Positions 24,945 through 37,957 of a DNA stretch of 64,000 nt are shown here, one piece after another. The position numbers and the translations under genes are program-made. This stretch comes from Novakomyces olei (taxonomy: Eukaryota): contig JADEYG010000002.1 in the NCBI GenBank assembly GCA_016906335.1, positions 1 to 64,000 of the forward strand. Direction: 5' to 3'. How positions within the stretch are numbered: the stretch's first letter is position 1; every line of letters starts with the position of its first letter. The notes below the pieces were generated by a model. The model did not search any database. It was not told the DNA's origin and was given only the letters and a program-made list of their open reading frames with translations.

Positions 24945-27747
24945 TGTTATGGTTGTTGACGGCGAAAGCCTAAAGGAGAACCCAATTGCCGGATTTCACG
25001 CCGGCTCTGGGACTATGATGAAATTAAGAGATAGAACTGGGTTTTTATAGATTGGGTCTCCCCAAAGTTCGATTACACGTAGCGAGAAAAGTAGAAGCAG
25101 GACCTCTATTTATATCCTCGCTACGTAGAATATTCTAGAAACACTAACTACTTAAACGATTAAACAAACTAACAAGTAAAAGCAGTCAGAACAATAATAG
25201 TCAATAATGAATAAATAATAAGTAAATATTTAAATAAATATTCAATATTAAATAAAGACAACAAACAAATAATAATATAGCGCTTCAATAGCGTCGGTGC
25301 TATCGAAGACGCAATAACAATATAGAAATAAATTAAATCGTAACACTACTCTCCCCTCCCGAGGCGTAACACCTGTAAGCCTGAATAAATAAACTTCTTT
25401 TTCGTGTTGTAATAAGCAGGAAGAGTGGCTCGGTAAACTTCAATTGCTTCCTGGTGCTCGTTCTCAACTTGAAGTTCCAAATCCGTTCCTTTTGCACTCT
25501 CAGCATCCCACACGACTAGACGCTTGAGACGCGAATGGGTGTATGCAAACGAGTACCCAGTGATAATAGAGTTCTCGAGGGTCATTACCGCATGTAACGT
25601 CCCCGGTTCCATTGTCATTGCTTTCCCGGCAGTCAAGAATGTTAACTCGAGGCCGCACAGAGAGCGAATCGCTAGTGGTAAGAATAGATCCCCGTGGCGA
25701 CGGTGTCTGGGTCCAAACAGACGTAAGTTCTCATCCGTCGGTGGCCAGGTAAAAACAAGTTTCTTGCCAGAAAGACACATAATTGTGTTGGCCAAAAGAA
25801 TGTTGTCGGCATGAACATCGGTTATAAGAGGCGCTGGCGATGCAGCAGACAGCCAAAGAGAAGCTAGATTTTGATGCTCTTTGAAAGGCTTAAGTAGCCT
25901 CATCATATCCTCACTCGGGACAATGTTGTACGCCGCAACTCCATCGGTCTTTGATGTAAAGAATTGTAGTACAAAGTTAGAAACATGGACTTCGTTGTCC
26001 AATTCGCGGACGTTCGTCTTTGCAAAGCTGCACGGACTTCCATGTAGAAGATCTTTGATAACGTTTTCGGCAAACTTTTCGTTATCATGCGTCTCTGGTT
26101 CGCATATCTGTGGCTTCTTTTGTGTAGCCCTTTGTAGTATCGAAATGCCCAAGTCGTAGTTTGTGGCATTTTCTGCGTTCTTTTTCCATAACTGTAAACT
26201 TTCTTTTAGCACCTTGTTGTGCGTGTGCTCGTGCTAAATTCTTCCTTTTCGCATGATAATCGGCAACAGCCTCTTGTGCATGACTTAAATTGCTGTATGG
26301 CTCCCAAGTGCGATCGTCTGGGCCATATCCTTTCCAATGCACTAAGTATCGTATTCCGCGACGGCGTCCTTTGTGTTGCACAATATGATCCACTTCATAT
26401 TCATTTGTTTCTTCCAATATATCCGGTACAACAAAATCTGTCGGGTCTCTATTAAACCGATCTGGCTTGTGTGGTTCCAACATTGTTTCGTTAAATACAT
26501 CATGTACTTTTATATGTGCTGGTAGCTCCACTCGATAAGCACTCCTCCCAATTCGTTCAATAACTTTGAAGGGTCCGATATGTATGTGGTCAAATTTTTC
26601 ACTTGGTCTTTCACTTCGTATATGCGTTTTACGAATCCAGACAAGGTCTCCTGATTCATAAACCGGTCCTGGTCGTACCTTCCTGTCGTAAAACCTCTTC
26701 ATTTGCTTAGCGTTGTCATTCAATAATTCATTGATTTTCTCAAAATGATGACTCCGATTAGTGGCAGTCTCATTTGCTGTAGGATTCTCTGTTTCTTGTC
26801 CATTTAAAGATAATCTCGGGTGATATCCATAACAAATAAAATAAGGCGATTGCTGTGTAGCGCTGCTAACTGAGTTATTCATAGCAATCTCTGCAAAAGG
26901 TAGCAAAGTTATCCAGTTTGTCTGGTAATAATTAACATAGCATCTCAAGTATTGCTCCAATGTTTGATTCATCTTCTCAGTCTGACCGTCGGTCTGTGGA
27001 TGATGACTGGTCGACTTATTCAACGTAATTCCCAATTGTTTCGCTAAACAGGTCCAAAATTTACTCACGAATTAAGGATCTCTGTCTGAAATAATTTCGT
27101 CAGGAAGCCCATGTAAGCGTACAATCTCTGAAATGAACTTTGTCGCTAACTTTTGAGCTGTGACAGCTTCTTTAATCGGAATAAAATGCACCATTTTAGA
27201 AAATCTGTCCACCACAACCCATATAGAGTCAAATCCTCCCGCTTGTGGTAATTTAACAATAAAATCCATAGATATAGATTTCCATGGTCTGGTCGGACTT
27301 GGTAGTGGATTTAGTAATCCCGTTCTTTTGTGGCGCGTTGTCTTGTTTCTCATACATGTTGTACAGGCTTGAGCATAATCTGTAGCATCCTTTGTAAGGC
27401 CTGGCCATGTAAAATGCCTTTTTAGCAGTGCGATTGTTTTCGCTGTTCCAAAGTGACCTGCTAATGGGTGGTCATGAGCCTGTGACAATACTTTAATTCG
27501 ATCCTTCTCATCGACAAATAATTTAGTTGGCATAGCGATTGCTGTTTCTGCCTGCTCTTGAGAATCTCCTGTGGTTTGGTCGGTTGTAATAGCATTTGCG
27601 AACATTTCTGGTGCTAGCAATATGCGCTGTTGGTTGTCCATATAATTGCTTTTCTTTAATTCATTTAACTCGGTACGTCGACTTAGAACATCAGCACCTC
27701 CATTTGCTGATTCCTTTCGGTACGTGATCACAAAATTATACTCTGAT
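24945..27747 (-). mobile_element. 3' half of a second family-J chromovirus (J2): integrase-chromodomain, JmjC ORF, PPT, 3' LTR 24945-25345
   Basis: Near-identical to 56625-59793; nonsense codon at 27072-27074; deletion removes the pol-ORF3 spacer. Confidence 0.92.
25346..26235 (-). pseudogene. JmjC accessory ORF of J2, lacking start codon and most of the zinc finger
   Basis: About 11 aa differences from 58356-59393 over ~288 aa; TDVHAD, GKK, HAV retained. Confidence 0.85.
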
Positions 27748-28588
27748 TAGCGATTGCTGTTTCTGCCTGCTCTTGAGAATCTCCTGAAACTTGTGACATC
27801 TTCAGGTTCTGAATGACTTGACAGCAAAGTGTCTTCAGCCCTGATGGTCTCCGGTTTTAACTGGTCCGTTTCACGATTGCTCGTAGGAGTTGCGCTGTCA
27901 TGGGTAGCCTCGCGGGTAGAATGATCTTCCTGATGGCTGCCTTCGCTACTTGCAGTTACCTTGTCTCCAGGAATTACTGTATCTGGCCACTGAGGCCCAA
28001 GATCTGTTGGGCTAGGGACCTCCACAACAGGCTCTTGAGGTTCGGACGGGACAATCAGGTCCTTGCCTCGTTTGTTCGGAAATAAGCTGGCATCTCTAGA
28101 CACAATATTCTCTTAGTATTGATGTTATAGAATTTATTAGCCTTTTGCGTATTCGAGTGGCCCAAATATATGGCCATCTGACCTCGGGGGTCCAGTTTGT
28201 TCCTGACCGTTGGGTCTCGCACCAGTGCTTGACAGCCAAAGGGTGCTTCCATAGTGAGCTCTGGCTGTTTGCCAGTCCAGTACTCATAGGGGCTTACATT
28301 TTAGGCTTGAAACATACGTTCGATTACGCAAATATAACGCAAGGGCCGCATCCTTGACATAGTAGACTTCAGACAAAGCAATCTGTTGCAATCGTCGATC
28401 TCAATGCTGACACTGCCCATGACCTGAGGGCCAACATTTTGTCCGTTCGCGACCTTTAGTGTCAGGTTTGCCTCTTTCCTGTCATTCAGATTGTCAGGGC
28501 AGTTAGTAATGTGAACTGCAGCGCCCGAATCTATTATTCAGTTTCACTCTCATCAGGTCCTCTCGGATTTGAACCATGTGTTCCTCTC

Positions 28589-28979
28589 TGTTATGGGGGC
28601 TTTACTTCCAAGAGGTCGTAAAGGTGCAATAAGGTGAATATGCCAGATCTCACGCTGGCTCTGTTGAGGATACGTGGAGAGTAGGGAACCTAGTAATAGA
28701 AAACCAAAATATTGAACACCAAGATTTGATTACACGTAGCGAACATAAGAGGGGAGTGTCCCATTCTTATGACGCTCCGTGGGGCTTAGCCCATAAAACT
28801 TATCAAACTAAACTAATTAAACTGACTAAGTTGCTATCTAAAAATAGAAGCTAATAGTTATAAATAGAACTAATTAAAAATAGAAGTCGTAATACAAAAT
28901 AAAGTGAAACAAAACAAATTAAAGAAGTAAAAGCGCTATCTTCAGCGCTAGCTAGCGCCTCATATAGCGCACCGTAAAA
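28589..28979 (-). mobile_element. Solo LTR (family L, J-related)
   Basis: TGTTATGG start, CTCTC TSD, shares GATTACACGTAGCGA with J LTRs. Confidence 0.75.
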
Positions 28980-31286
28980 CTCTCCGTATTTTCCGTATAG
29001 CTTTTCCAGCTTCGCCAAGGCTTCCGATCCGAGGTCGCAATTCATTATGCTGGGTCTTACTCTGTCCGATGCAGACATGAGTATAATCCCAAGCAACTCA
29101 CATTCCTTTCGTAGGATGTCAGCCTTCCTTTATTGTCCGGATCGACTGCCGCGAGGTCCTCCTCCGTGTACCCTTCCGAGATCCTAAGAAGTCGAATAGC
29201 CCGGGTCCATTCATAATAGTTTTCCGGCTGCAGTCTGGGCAGCCTGAACTTGACTTCGTCCGACATATTTGTTGCAGCGCTTCTACCTAATGAACGGAGA
29301 AAGCTGTTCTGGCCAGGCTCATAACCTGTTAAGTCAGATTGATTTTTTTCTTGTAGGCTATGTAGACTATATATGTGTATACTAAATTAACCCTAACAAA
29401 CCCTAGCAAACCCTAAACCTAGCCTAAGTTTCGGTTCTACTATAACACAATTTACCGTTTAGAAATGCTGTATCTATATCAACATGAAATGTTTTATAGC
29501 CATTGATAAGGCTCAGTGAAAGTAGCATTCTAATTGTGTCTGAACGAGCTACTGGTGCATAAGTTTCGTCAAAATCTTGTTTGAAGATTTGAGTGTAGCC
29601 TTGTGCAACCAATCGAGCTTTATAAATAGTTTCATTTGTATCAATGTTGTATTTAATTTCAAATATTCAACGACACCCGAATATCCTTTTATTTGCTAGT
29701 TTGTATTGTTTTCAATCGTCCATACCTTTTTGTCTTTCATTGCATCCAATTCCTTATTTATGGCCATTTTCCATTCAACTTGTGAAGGGCCATGTATTGC
29801 TTCGTAATAGTTTTGGGGCTATACATTAATATCAACAACGTTATTTACCTGTTGACCAGTTTTTGTATTTAATTTAATAACTTTATCATCTTCCAATAAA
29901 GGAGACAACACTTGTCTTAATTTTTTTTTTGATATTCCTGGAAATTTCAAATTTCTTTTTCCAGTTAGTATCTCAGTCAATTTATCTTGGGTTTTTTCAG
30001 GCTTTTCTTGTTGTATACTGATATTAGATGTAATTCCTTCATTACTATTTTCATTTGTCATTGAAATATCTTCTGTTTCTGGTATTTCGTTTTGTGATCT
30101 TGAATTATTATCTGATGTGTAACCTTGATCTGGTTGATTTGGTGTAATATCAGAGTTAATTAATTGATCTGTATTACGAGACTTTGAAATAATTTCATCT
30201 TTTTGTAGATTTCCAGTCATAGTATTTGTATTGGTTTGTATATCATCATCAGTTCCTTGCATATGATCTGCATTTACTTGTGAATGATCTGCATTGGATA
30301 ATGAAGTAATATTATTATATTCAGTTTCAGAAATGTTTTTGGGTGTATTAATTTTATCTGGAGATTGAACTGAGGAATCAAATAAATCATAATTCATATT
30401 TTCTTGTAGATATCTGTCATCATAATTATTTTTTGATTCATTGTAGTGTTCATCGTCAAAGAAAACGACGTCACGTGAAACAATTCTTTTTCCATGTTTC
30501 AAATCTGATAAAATGCACCCTTTCTGACTTTCTGAATAACCGAGAATTATATATTTTTTGCCTTTTTGTTCAAATTTAGAATTGATATCAATTTGCTTAT
30601 TCTTAGCAACAACTAGACATCCAAAAAGTCGTAAATTGTCCAAATTTGGCTTTGTATTATATAATATTTCGAAGGGGGTTGTACTGCAAGATTTTGATGG
30701 TAATCTGTTTTTGAGATAGCAGCCTGTCAGAACTGCATCTCCCCAGAATTTCATCGGTACTTGTCGATTTAGCAATAGAGCGCGACCTTTAGAAACGAGA
30801 GTTCTATTTGCTCTTTCAGCTACTCCATTCTGTTGCGGTAATAGATGATTGAAGTTTGATGAATTATACCTAATTTTCTGATCGTTTGAGACATTTCTGA
30901 ATTAATATTCAAGTCCATTGTCAGTTCGTAGGATTTTTATTCTTTTTCCAAACTGAGTTTAACAAAAGGACAAAATTCAGAGAATATGTTAGGAACTTAT
31001 CGAATCAACGGTTTGTTGTTGCTCAACATTGTTGAATTTTCAATTGATATAGAAAATATATTTTTTTTATTAAATTCTTGTAAAATTAATGGATTAAAAA
31101 GATTGATTCTGTATTTTGGAACATGCGGGTTGATCTTGCGACGTTGGGTTCGAATAACCCGTCGTGGGCGTGTTTCGACCGCTGTTAGTTTCCGTTGCAG
31201 GATATTGGGTTGAATTATCCCCTGGTAGGCTGTCTTCTCCTTCCGTGGGATGGTCCATGCTGTTAAAAAGATTCGTAGAGCGAGGT

Positions 31287-31670
31287 TGTGAGGAAAATGA
31301 AGAAAGAAAGGCGGAGCGGAACGTAGGCGTCTGAAAATAGAGAAAATATATATGAAATAACCCGAGGGGAGCTGGGCTCACCACGGCGTTATTTATAAAC
31401 TACGGACGGAGGCGGAAAGCGCAGCACGTTGGGAAGGGGCTGCGCTGGAAACGGAAAGAAATAAACAAATAAATAGCGCAAAGTAAACAAACGCGCGGAA
31501 GTGTATGAAGAAAATAAAAAAGGGGAAAAAGGTAAGTAATAAAGAGGGGATCCTAAGTAAGGATCGTAGGTAGGGATCCTAGGTAGGATCCTTGGTTCGA
31601 TAAACCCTAACCATAACCCTAAACTGTATCTATGACCTTAACCCTGACTAACCCTAAGTGGTTCATTACA
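31287..31670 (-). mobile_element. Diverged family-C LTR
   Basis: Reverse complement of TGTAATGAACCAC..CCTCACA; no clean TSD. Confidence 0.85.
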
Positions 31671-34600
31671 CAAGGTCATGAGCACGAAAATTCATCGGAA
31701 TACATAGCTCAGCTGGAAACTCGGGCCGACATACTTCTGGACGCAATATGTTAGGAGTGTAGATAATAAATAATTAAACATTGAATTACTTAAAGGGTCC
31801 TAAACGTGTACGGATTAAAATTAAACATTGAATTACTTAAAGGGGCCTCCAGCGTCAAACTGGTATACCAAACTGGCCAAATCAAACGCTCGAGCCCTGA
31901 ACTCTTGGAATCAGTTCTGTGAACATTTCTTTCATTTTTTAAACTCACATACCAACTTTGGAGACAGCTGCGACGACTCCCCGACAGGAGGCTTACAATA
32001 TCCGATTACAGCCTCCAATTTAAAGAGCTGTGCATTAAACTGCATAGAACCGAAACAAGCGAACTCGTACAAGAGTACAGAACGGGCCTATCTCCTTTCG
32101 TCGCCCAAGTACTCAACACTCAACAATTCAGTTCCCTCGACGAAATTATTAAAACAGCCTTACCGTACGATAACTTCATCACACAATCCATCCCACGGAT
32201 GACAAATTGTCCTTATCGCCCCAACGAATGGAAGTCAAGCCCAACCAACAATCACCTCCAACACGGGAAATCGCCAGGACAAAGTCACCAACAATCAACA
32301 ATAACTTGCTATAAGTGCGGCAAAAGAGGACACTACGCCCCGGACTGCAAATCAACTTACCAACAAAGCGCTCAACATGACTCTCAAACAAAAAACATCA
32401 CAAAGAAGGCCTTATTCACAAGCAGTGCTGAACAAGACGATCACTGGGACAAAGCCGACATCGTTATTAAAAGCGACCATATCAATGGTAGATATACCGC
32501 CATCTTGGATACCGGATCCTCTATCAACGCAATCTCTAAAACATTTGTTCCGAACACCGTCAAACTTAACAACACTGATTCCGTTATTTCGGCAACAGGT
32601 CATAAAATTAATACACCATACATCAACCTGGACATCGTGCATAATAATAAAATAATCCCAACCCAATTCCACATCATAAATTTGCCGAAGCCTATAATAT
32701 TAGGCAACAAATGGATTAAACAACACATGTACCTACAAGCGAAACAGCCAGAGAATGCCCCACTCATTCCTGTAGAATACGCCAATTACAAATCAGTATT
32801 CTCGGAAACACAGTCAGAAGCACTACCGGCAAGACGACCCTATGTAAGACGGTCCTTACAGCTACAAACGCTGGGGCCGGTCGTGTATAGTTTTAAATAG
32901 AAGTAAAGGAATAAATGACACAAGAGGAACAGAAAGCGATTACTGTAAAGCTTACCAGGAGTAATATAATGATAATCAACCCGTGAAGGGCGAGAGGCCC
33001 TCACGGGCAACTATAAACTAAACTAAGCTGCGGAGGAGCGGATGCTCCTTCGCACTCTAAACTACTCTTCCCAAGCTAACTTATGCGAAGGTCGCACAAG
33101 TTAGAGAGGGAAGCTCTCAGCCTAAACTAGTCTATGGAAATAACTATGAATGTTCTCGCGCTAGCGTGCGAGAATGAGAACGGGAAGCGAGGTCCGTGCA
33201 CATTGTGCATGGAGCCCCTCGCTCCCGTGGGCCAAGCTGGCTTAGTGCGCGTACCTACATGCGCACTAAGACAACTTCTACGTCCAAAGACCATCGCGTT
33301 ACGCGCCGACTGGTCTTGGGCCGCGTTGGCGAAGCTTGCGACGCGCGGACATCCCAAGTCCGACTACAGGCGTCGCCCCTCGCTTCCCAACGCGGTTGTC
33401 AGGAACTCGCCAAGGCGAGGATCATGACACCCTACGACCATCAAATTACTCTTGAGTCCGAAGACGCAACCCCGCCCGCGCAGGCGATATATCGACTGTC
33501 ACAAACAGAATTGGAGGCTCTAAAACAATACATCAGTACCAATCTCCGAAAAGGATACATCCGAGAGTCAAGCTCCCCAGCTGGTGCCCCGGTTCTCTTC
33601 GTGAAAAACAAGAATGGCGAACTCCGCTTATGCGTAAATTACAAGCGCCTCAACTCGATAACAAGGAAACATTGCCTGGCGCTTCCGCTTATTTCAGAAT
33701 TGCTGGACCGACTCAGAAACGCTAAAATTTTCACTCTCCTAGACCTGAGGTCTGCCTATTAACCGCCGCACTGCTACAAAAGCAAAAATCGAAATGTGAA
33801 CCAATCTGTTTTGTAAGCAGAACACATAACTGACCACGCCAATCTGCTAAACATGAAGGATGTTAGGAGGTGACCCTGGGTGATGGACTAGTCCGATATC
33901 GCGCGGGCGGAGGCAGCAAGATGGGATGAACCAGAGCACTGTCGGGGATTATTGCAACGAGGAAACTAAGGAGCCTACAGCTGCAAAGTATAGGCGTAAC
34001 CCAAATTGATTTCACACAAGGGACAAGTAGAAAACAAGCCTCTATTTATAAGCTTGACCCTTGTGTTTTAACGGATTAGATCACCGCATTAGCAGCAGCA
34101 GAGTTTGCATACAACAACTCGATTTATCGCGCAACAAAGATGAGCCCATACGACGTACTCTGGAACTACAAACCACACGCCCTCTTCCTGGTACCGCCCC
34201 CACGAGACACTCCGCCCATTACAACACAAACAACGATAAACACTGTGCGACAAAACCTGGAAAGTTCAGCAAGACAAATGGTCCAACCTTACTTTTACGA
34301 CCAGGCGCACTGGTATTAGCACAAACACAACGACAAAGCACGCGCGCCCCGTTCACAATCATCGAAAACGTGAACCCGCAAACTCATACATTACAACTAC
34401 CATGTAACAGAACCGAAACTTTTCACGAAAGTCGACTCCAACCCGCTGCTCCCTTTCACGCGACCCCGAACGCAACAGTACCACTTCACCAATTCCAATA
34501 CGTCCGGCCACCACGCCTCATTCGAACAATACGCCAATACCTCGTCAAACTCCCTGGCGAGGCACCAAAAGTAATGTCGGAAAGTGCGCTAACAGCATAT

Positions 34601-34916
34601 TACAAATTCGAACAGGGAGGACAAGAGGCAGAATGATAGGACCCCTATCATGATAATCCAAAATACAAGTTAACATAAACTAACATTTGGTTTACATCAT
34701 CAACCCCCCTTTTTGCCCTTGAAAGCTGGATTTCAAGGAGGACCCCTTTGCTTAGTTGACAGCCTATAAATACGAGGCGCGTTCTTCAACAGAACTTCAT
34801 AGTTTAATTAACTTTTGTTTCTCCTATCAAGCTATCCTACTTGTTTCAGGACAAGGAAAAGCACATAAGGAAGCGCGAATTGTTATTAGTTATTAACTAT
34901 AACTTGATCGTTAACA
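31671..34916 (+). mobile_element. Degenerate gypsy element H with 3' LTR of family G (34634-34916)
   Basis: CYKCGKRGHYAPDC knuckle, ILDTGSS protease, LRLCVNYKRLN RT start, integrase-end relic, purine tract before the LTR; contains an M-LTR fragment 33861-34062. Confidence 0.8.
32843..33429 (-). mobile_element. Solo LTR family D in the pol of H
   Basis: CCCTA TSD; splits LPARRPY/DHQITL. Confidence 0.92.
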
Positions 34917-35527
34917 TATATATATTATATATATATATACTCAACACTCAGCATATGCGGTGGGTTCCCGGTCGTTGTCTTTGGTGACTTTAAAGGTAAG
35001 TGCGTATTCCTTTGTGGTTCCAAGATACCACAAGACCTTTTCTGCCATCAACATATGGTACACTTGTGGGTTCTGTAGCTTGTATGAGAGTCTTCTAACT
35101 GAGTTAGCTATATCAGGTCCTGCGGCGGTCGTTATGTGTCTTAGCGTTCCGACTAGACTTTTATATCTCTTTATTTCCCGGCCTTGTAGCGGGCGTGCTT
35201 CTGGGCTTCCTTCTGGAGGATTTATTGGTCCAGGAACGGCCGGCCTTCTTTGCCGGAAATACTTCAGGTATAGTCTCCCAAATCTTGATAAGGTCCTCGT
35301 TATATATTCTTCGGCGCATAGACTCACCGCATCGCATTTCTTTAGTTGGCTTGTCCCAATACCAAGGAATTTTGAGATGGGTTCTGTGGCATCTGTTTCG
35401 AATCGCGCCTGTGTCTGCTTAATAACTTTGAGGCTTACATCCTCATTCTCACAGACTACCATAGTATCGTCGACATAAACAGCTATAATACAGAGACATG
35501 TTCCATATCGACGTATAAATATGTTAG

Positions 35528-36133
35528 TGTAAGGTGCCCTTAGAGGGGAGTACCGCGGTGTAAACTCGCGTGTCGCTACAGGCGAACACGGACCGTCCTT
35601 TGCGAGACCGCTCGACAAAGGAAGTTCAATCGGGTACCGCGCGAAGCGAGTACCGAGAACGATTCTACGTCCCAAGACCATCGCGTTACGCGCCGACTGG
35701 TCTTGGGCCGCGTTGGCAAACTTGCGACGCGCGGACCTAAGCCCGACTACAGGCGTCGCCGCTCGCTTCCCAACGCGGCTGTCAGAGACTCCCCAAGGCG
35801 AGGATCATGACACATCCGCATTGGGAAAGCGGTGGCGAGCTATGTACGATATGGATCGATCTATCTAGCCTCGTAGCGATGCGCGATCGCTACTACTACT
35901 CTCATGCGCCGCGACATGCCTACGTCGCGCGGGCATGGACATTGACCTGCTTCGCGCGAGCCAGGTCCAACCTGCTCGCGAACTAGGCGACCTACGCGCT
36001 TCGCGCGAAAAGTGTCCAACATTACCTCGCGCGAGCTATTCAAAGCTATCTAGCCTGAAGTCATCGCCCTTGGCGCTACAGGACTTCAGGCGTCGTTCGC
36101 TGTCGTGGTCTGCGCGAGGCGGGGATCATGACA
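35528..36133 (-). mobile_element. Solo LTR family N with an internal D-LTR fragment (35664-35811)
   Basis: GTTAG TSD; reverse complement of 43080-43785. Confidence 0.85.
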
Positions 36134-36522
36134 GTTAGGTGCTGAAACATAACCTTGACAGTGTCCGATTCGAATTTTGGATGGCTGCTTACAAAATTGT
36201 TTTTGTAGTTGGGCATATAGTAAGTATCCTTAAGATGGATGTCTTTTCCATACACTGTTCCGAGAAAGTAATCCCCTTTGATTTGTGTTTTCCCCGTTCC
36301 ATCTACACTTGAGAGCGTTGCGAGAAGATCGAGAACCTGACGGTTGCGAAGGTGGTGGAGTGATTGACACATCGGCACCGGTATCCCATAAGAATATTAG
36401 ACATATATCAGTGTTAGCTTTAGATTCTGTAAGCTGTCCACATTGTTCTTCAATGCTTTGCAAGTCCAGGTCGATCTGTTGTTCGGCGCGATCATCATTT
36501 AAGACATTAGATGTCATGCGAT

Positions 36523-36748
36523 CATATATCCTCGCTACGTAGAATATTCTAGAAACACTAACTACTTAAACGATTAAACAACTAACAATAATAAAAGAAC
36601 AATAATAGTCGATAGATAATAAATAATAAATATTAAATAAATATTAAATATTAAATAAAGACAACAAACAAATAAGAAAATAGCGCTTCAATAGCGTCGG
36701 TGCTATCGAAGACGCAATAACAATATAGGAATAAATTCAATCGTAACA
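36523..36748 (-). mobile_element. Partial family-J LTR inside element E
   Basis: Matches the reverse complement of 53474-53710. Confidence 0.85.
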
Positions 36749-37807
36749 TCCGGCGTATTACTTTCGGTCGCTCTGCAACACCTTCTTCTTTAACATCGGA
36801 ATTTCCGCGTTGGCGATTGTGTTGGCTTCTTGGATTGGGCTTGAACGATTCCTGTCTAGGCTATGCTCCTTGTTGGTCTAAGTCATACCAAGGCGGTCTA
36901 CCCTCCTTTGTATATGAGGGTCGCATGGCATTTGCGTGGATACTAGAGTCCATATCTGGATTGATTTCGCCGTCCACTGAAGTTAAAAATTCCAGTATAT
37001 CCTCAACCAATTGTGTGTCTATATCTAGTTTCAGTAAACGAGATATGTACTTGTCCAGATTTTGGACATTTGCGAAAGATTTCCTTGAATCAGGGTTAGT
37101 TAGGGTTATTATTCGCCGTTGTGTGATAGCGCTTCATAAGATGCAGTATGTCAATGTCGCTATCTGTGAGTTGCTTTTCCAGAATTCCTTGGCCAATTGG
37201 AAACGTTATCATTGAAGACATTAGTTTGAGCTTCTGGGCTCTAAGGTTTTCCTTGTTAAGGAAGCGCGGTTCAATATTTTCCTTTATAGCTCTTTTAATA
37301 CTTTCATCCTGCACCTTTGGAAAACCTTCTGTATTTTCCATATATATGTGTTCTTCCCCTTTTCTAGTTTTTTCAACTAAGTAAGATTCTCCCTCTATTT
37401 TCAGTGCACGAATTTTCATGGTCACTGACGAGGTCTCTTCAGGGAGACAGCTTCTTTTAACGACCTCAAACAAGGCCGGAAGATCATTTGTGACAAAGGC
37501 TATTTTTTCTTCACTCGGGTCGCAGTGCAATATACTATCACTAAAAGCTTGAACTCCATCTCCGTTGTGCCTTTGAACTTTGTAGTATCAACACAATCAG
37601 ATACATCATCCACCATCTGTAAGCTGATGTTTGAGATAATTTCTGTTATGCTCGACATTCTGTCAGTTTTGGACTTTAATTTTTCAGACTCTTAATCTAT
37701 TCGTATTCACCTAGGCTCGTAGTACTTGTTTTTGATCTTCATGTAATTACTATTCACAAATAGCTATATAAAGTTCTTGGCTTATACTGTACTTGAGCAC
37801 AACATGT

Positions 37808-37957
37808 CTATATATATATATGTATATGTATATATATATATACATATATATATACATATATATATATATATACATATATATATACATATATATATACATA
37901 TATATATACATATATATATACATATATATATACATATATATATACATATATATATAC
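37808..37957. repeat. Compound (TA)n/(TATATACATATA)n microsatellite inside the 5' LTR of E
   Basis: Direct observation. Confidence 0.95.

Larger units (their letters stand above)
24725..29447 (-). mobile_element. Copia element A, internally deleted; 121-bp LTRs 29327-29447 and 24725-24845
   Basis: CAATT TSD, PBS GGTTATGAGCC (29316-29326), PPT GGGGGAG, gag start LPRLQPENYYEW, DSGAAVHIT protease, NKLDPRG; inserted in the RT of B. Confidence 0.9.
17381..30985 (-). mobile_element. Copia element B (5'-truncated): integrase 29819-30985, RT/RNase H 23560-24722 + 29448-29700, PPT, 3' LTR 17381-17536 + 23429-23540
   Basis: LRTDNGLEY, QQNGVAERANR, FLNGKL/NETVYM split by element A, YGLKQAPRSW, VYVDD, GDADFAGD; GGGGAG PPT before TGTTGAG. 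Confidence 0.88.

Noticed and set aside
33134-33427. Recurrent ~100-aa ORF (WAALAKLATRGHPKSDY) at 33134, 38222, 52354, 22637
   Set aside because: Lies within LTR family D; recurrence reflects LTR copies, with no domain evidence
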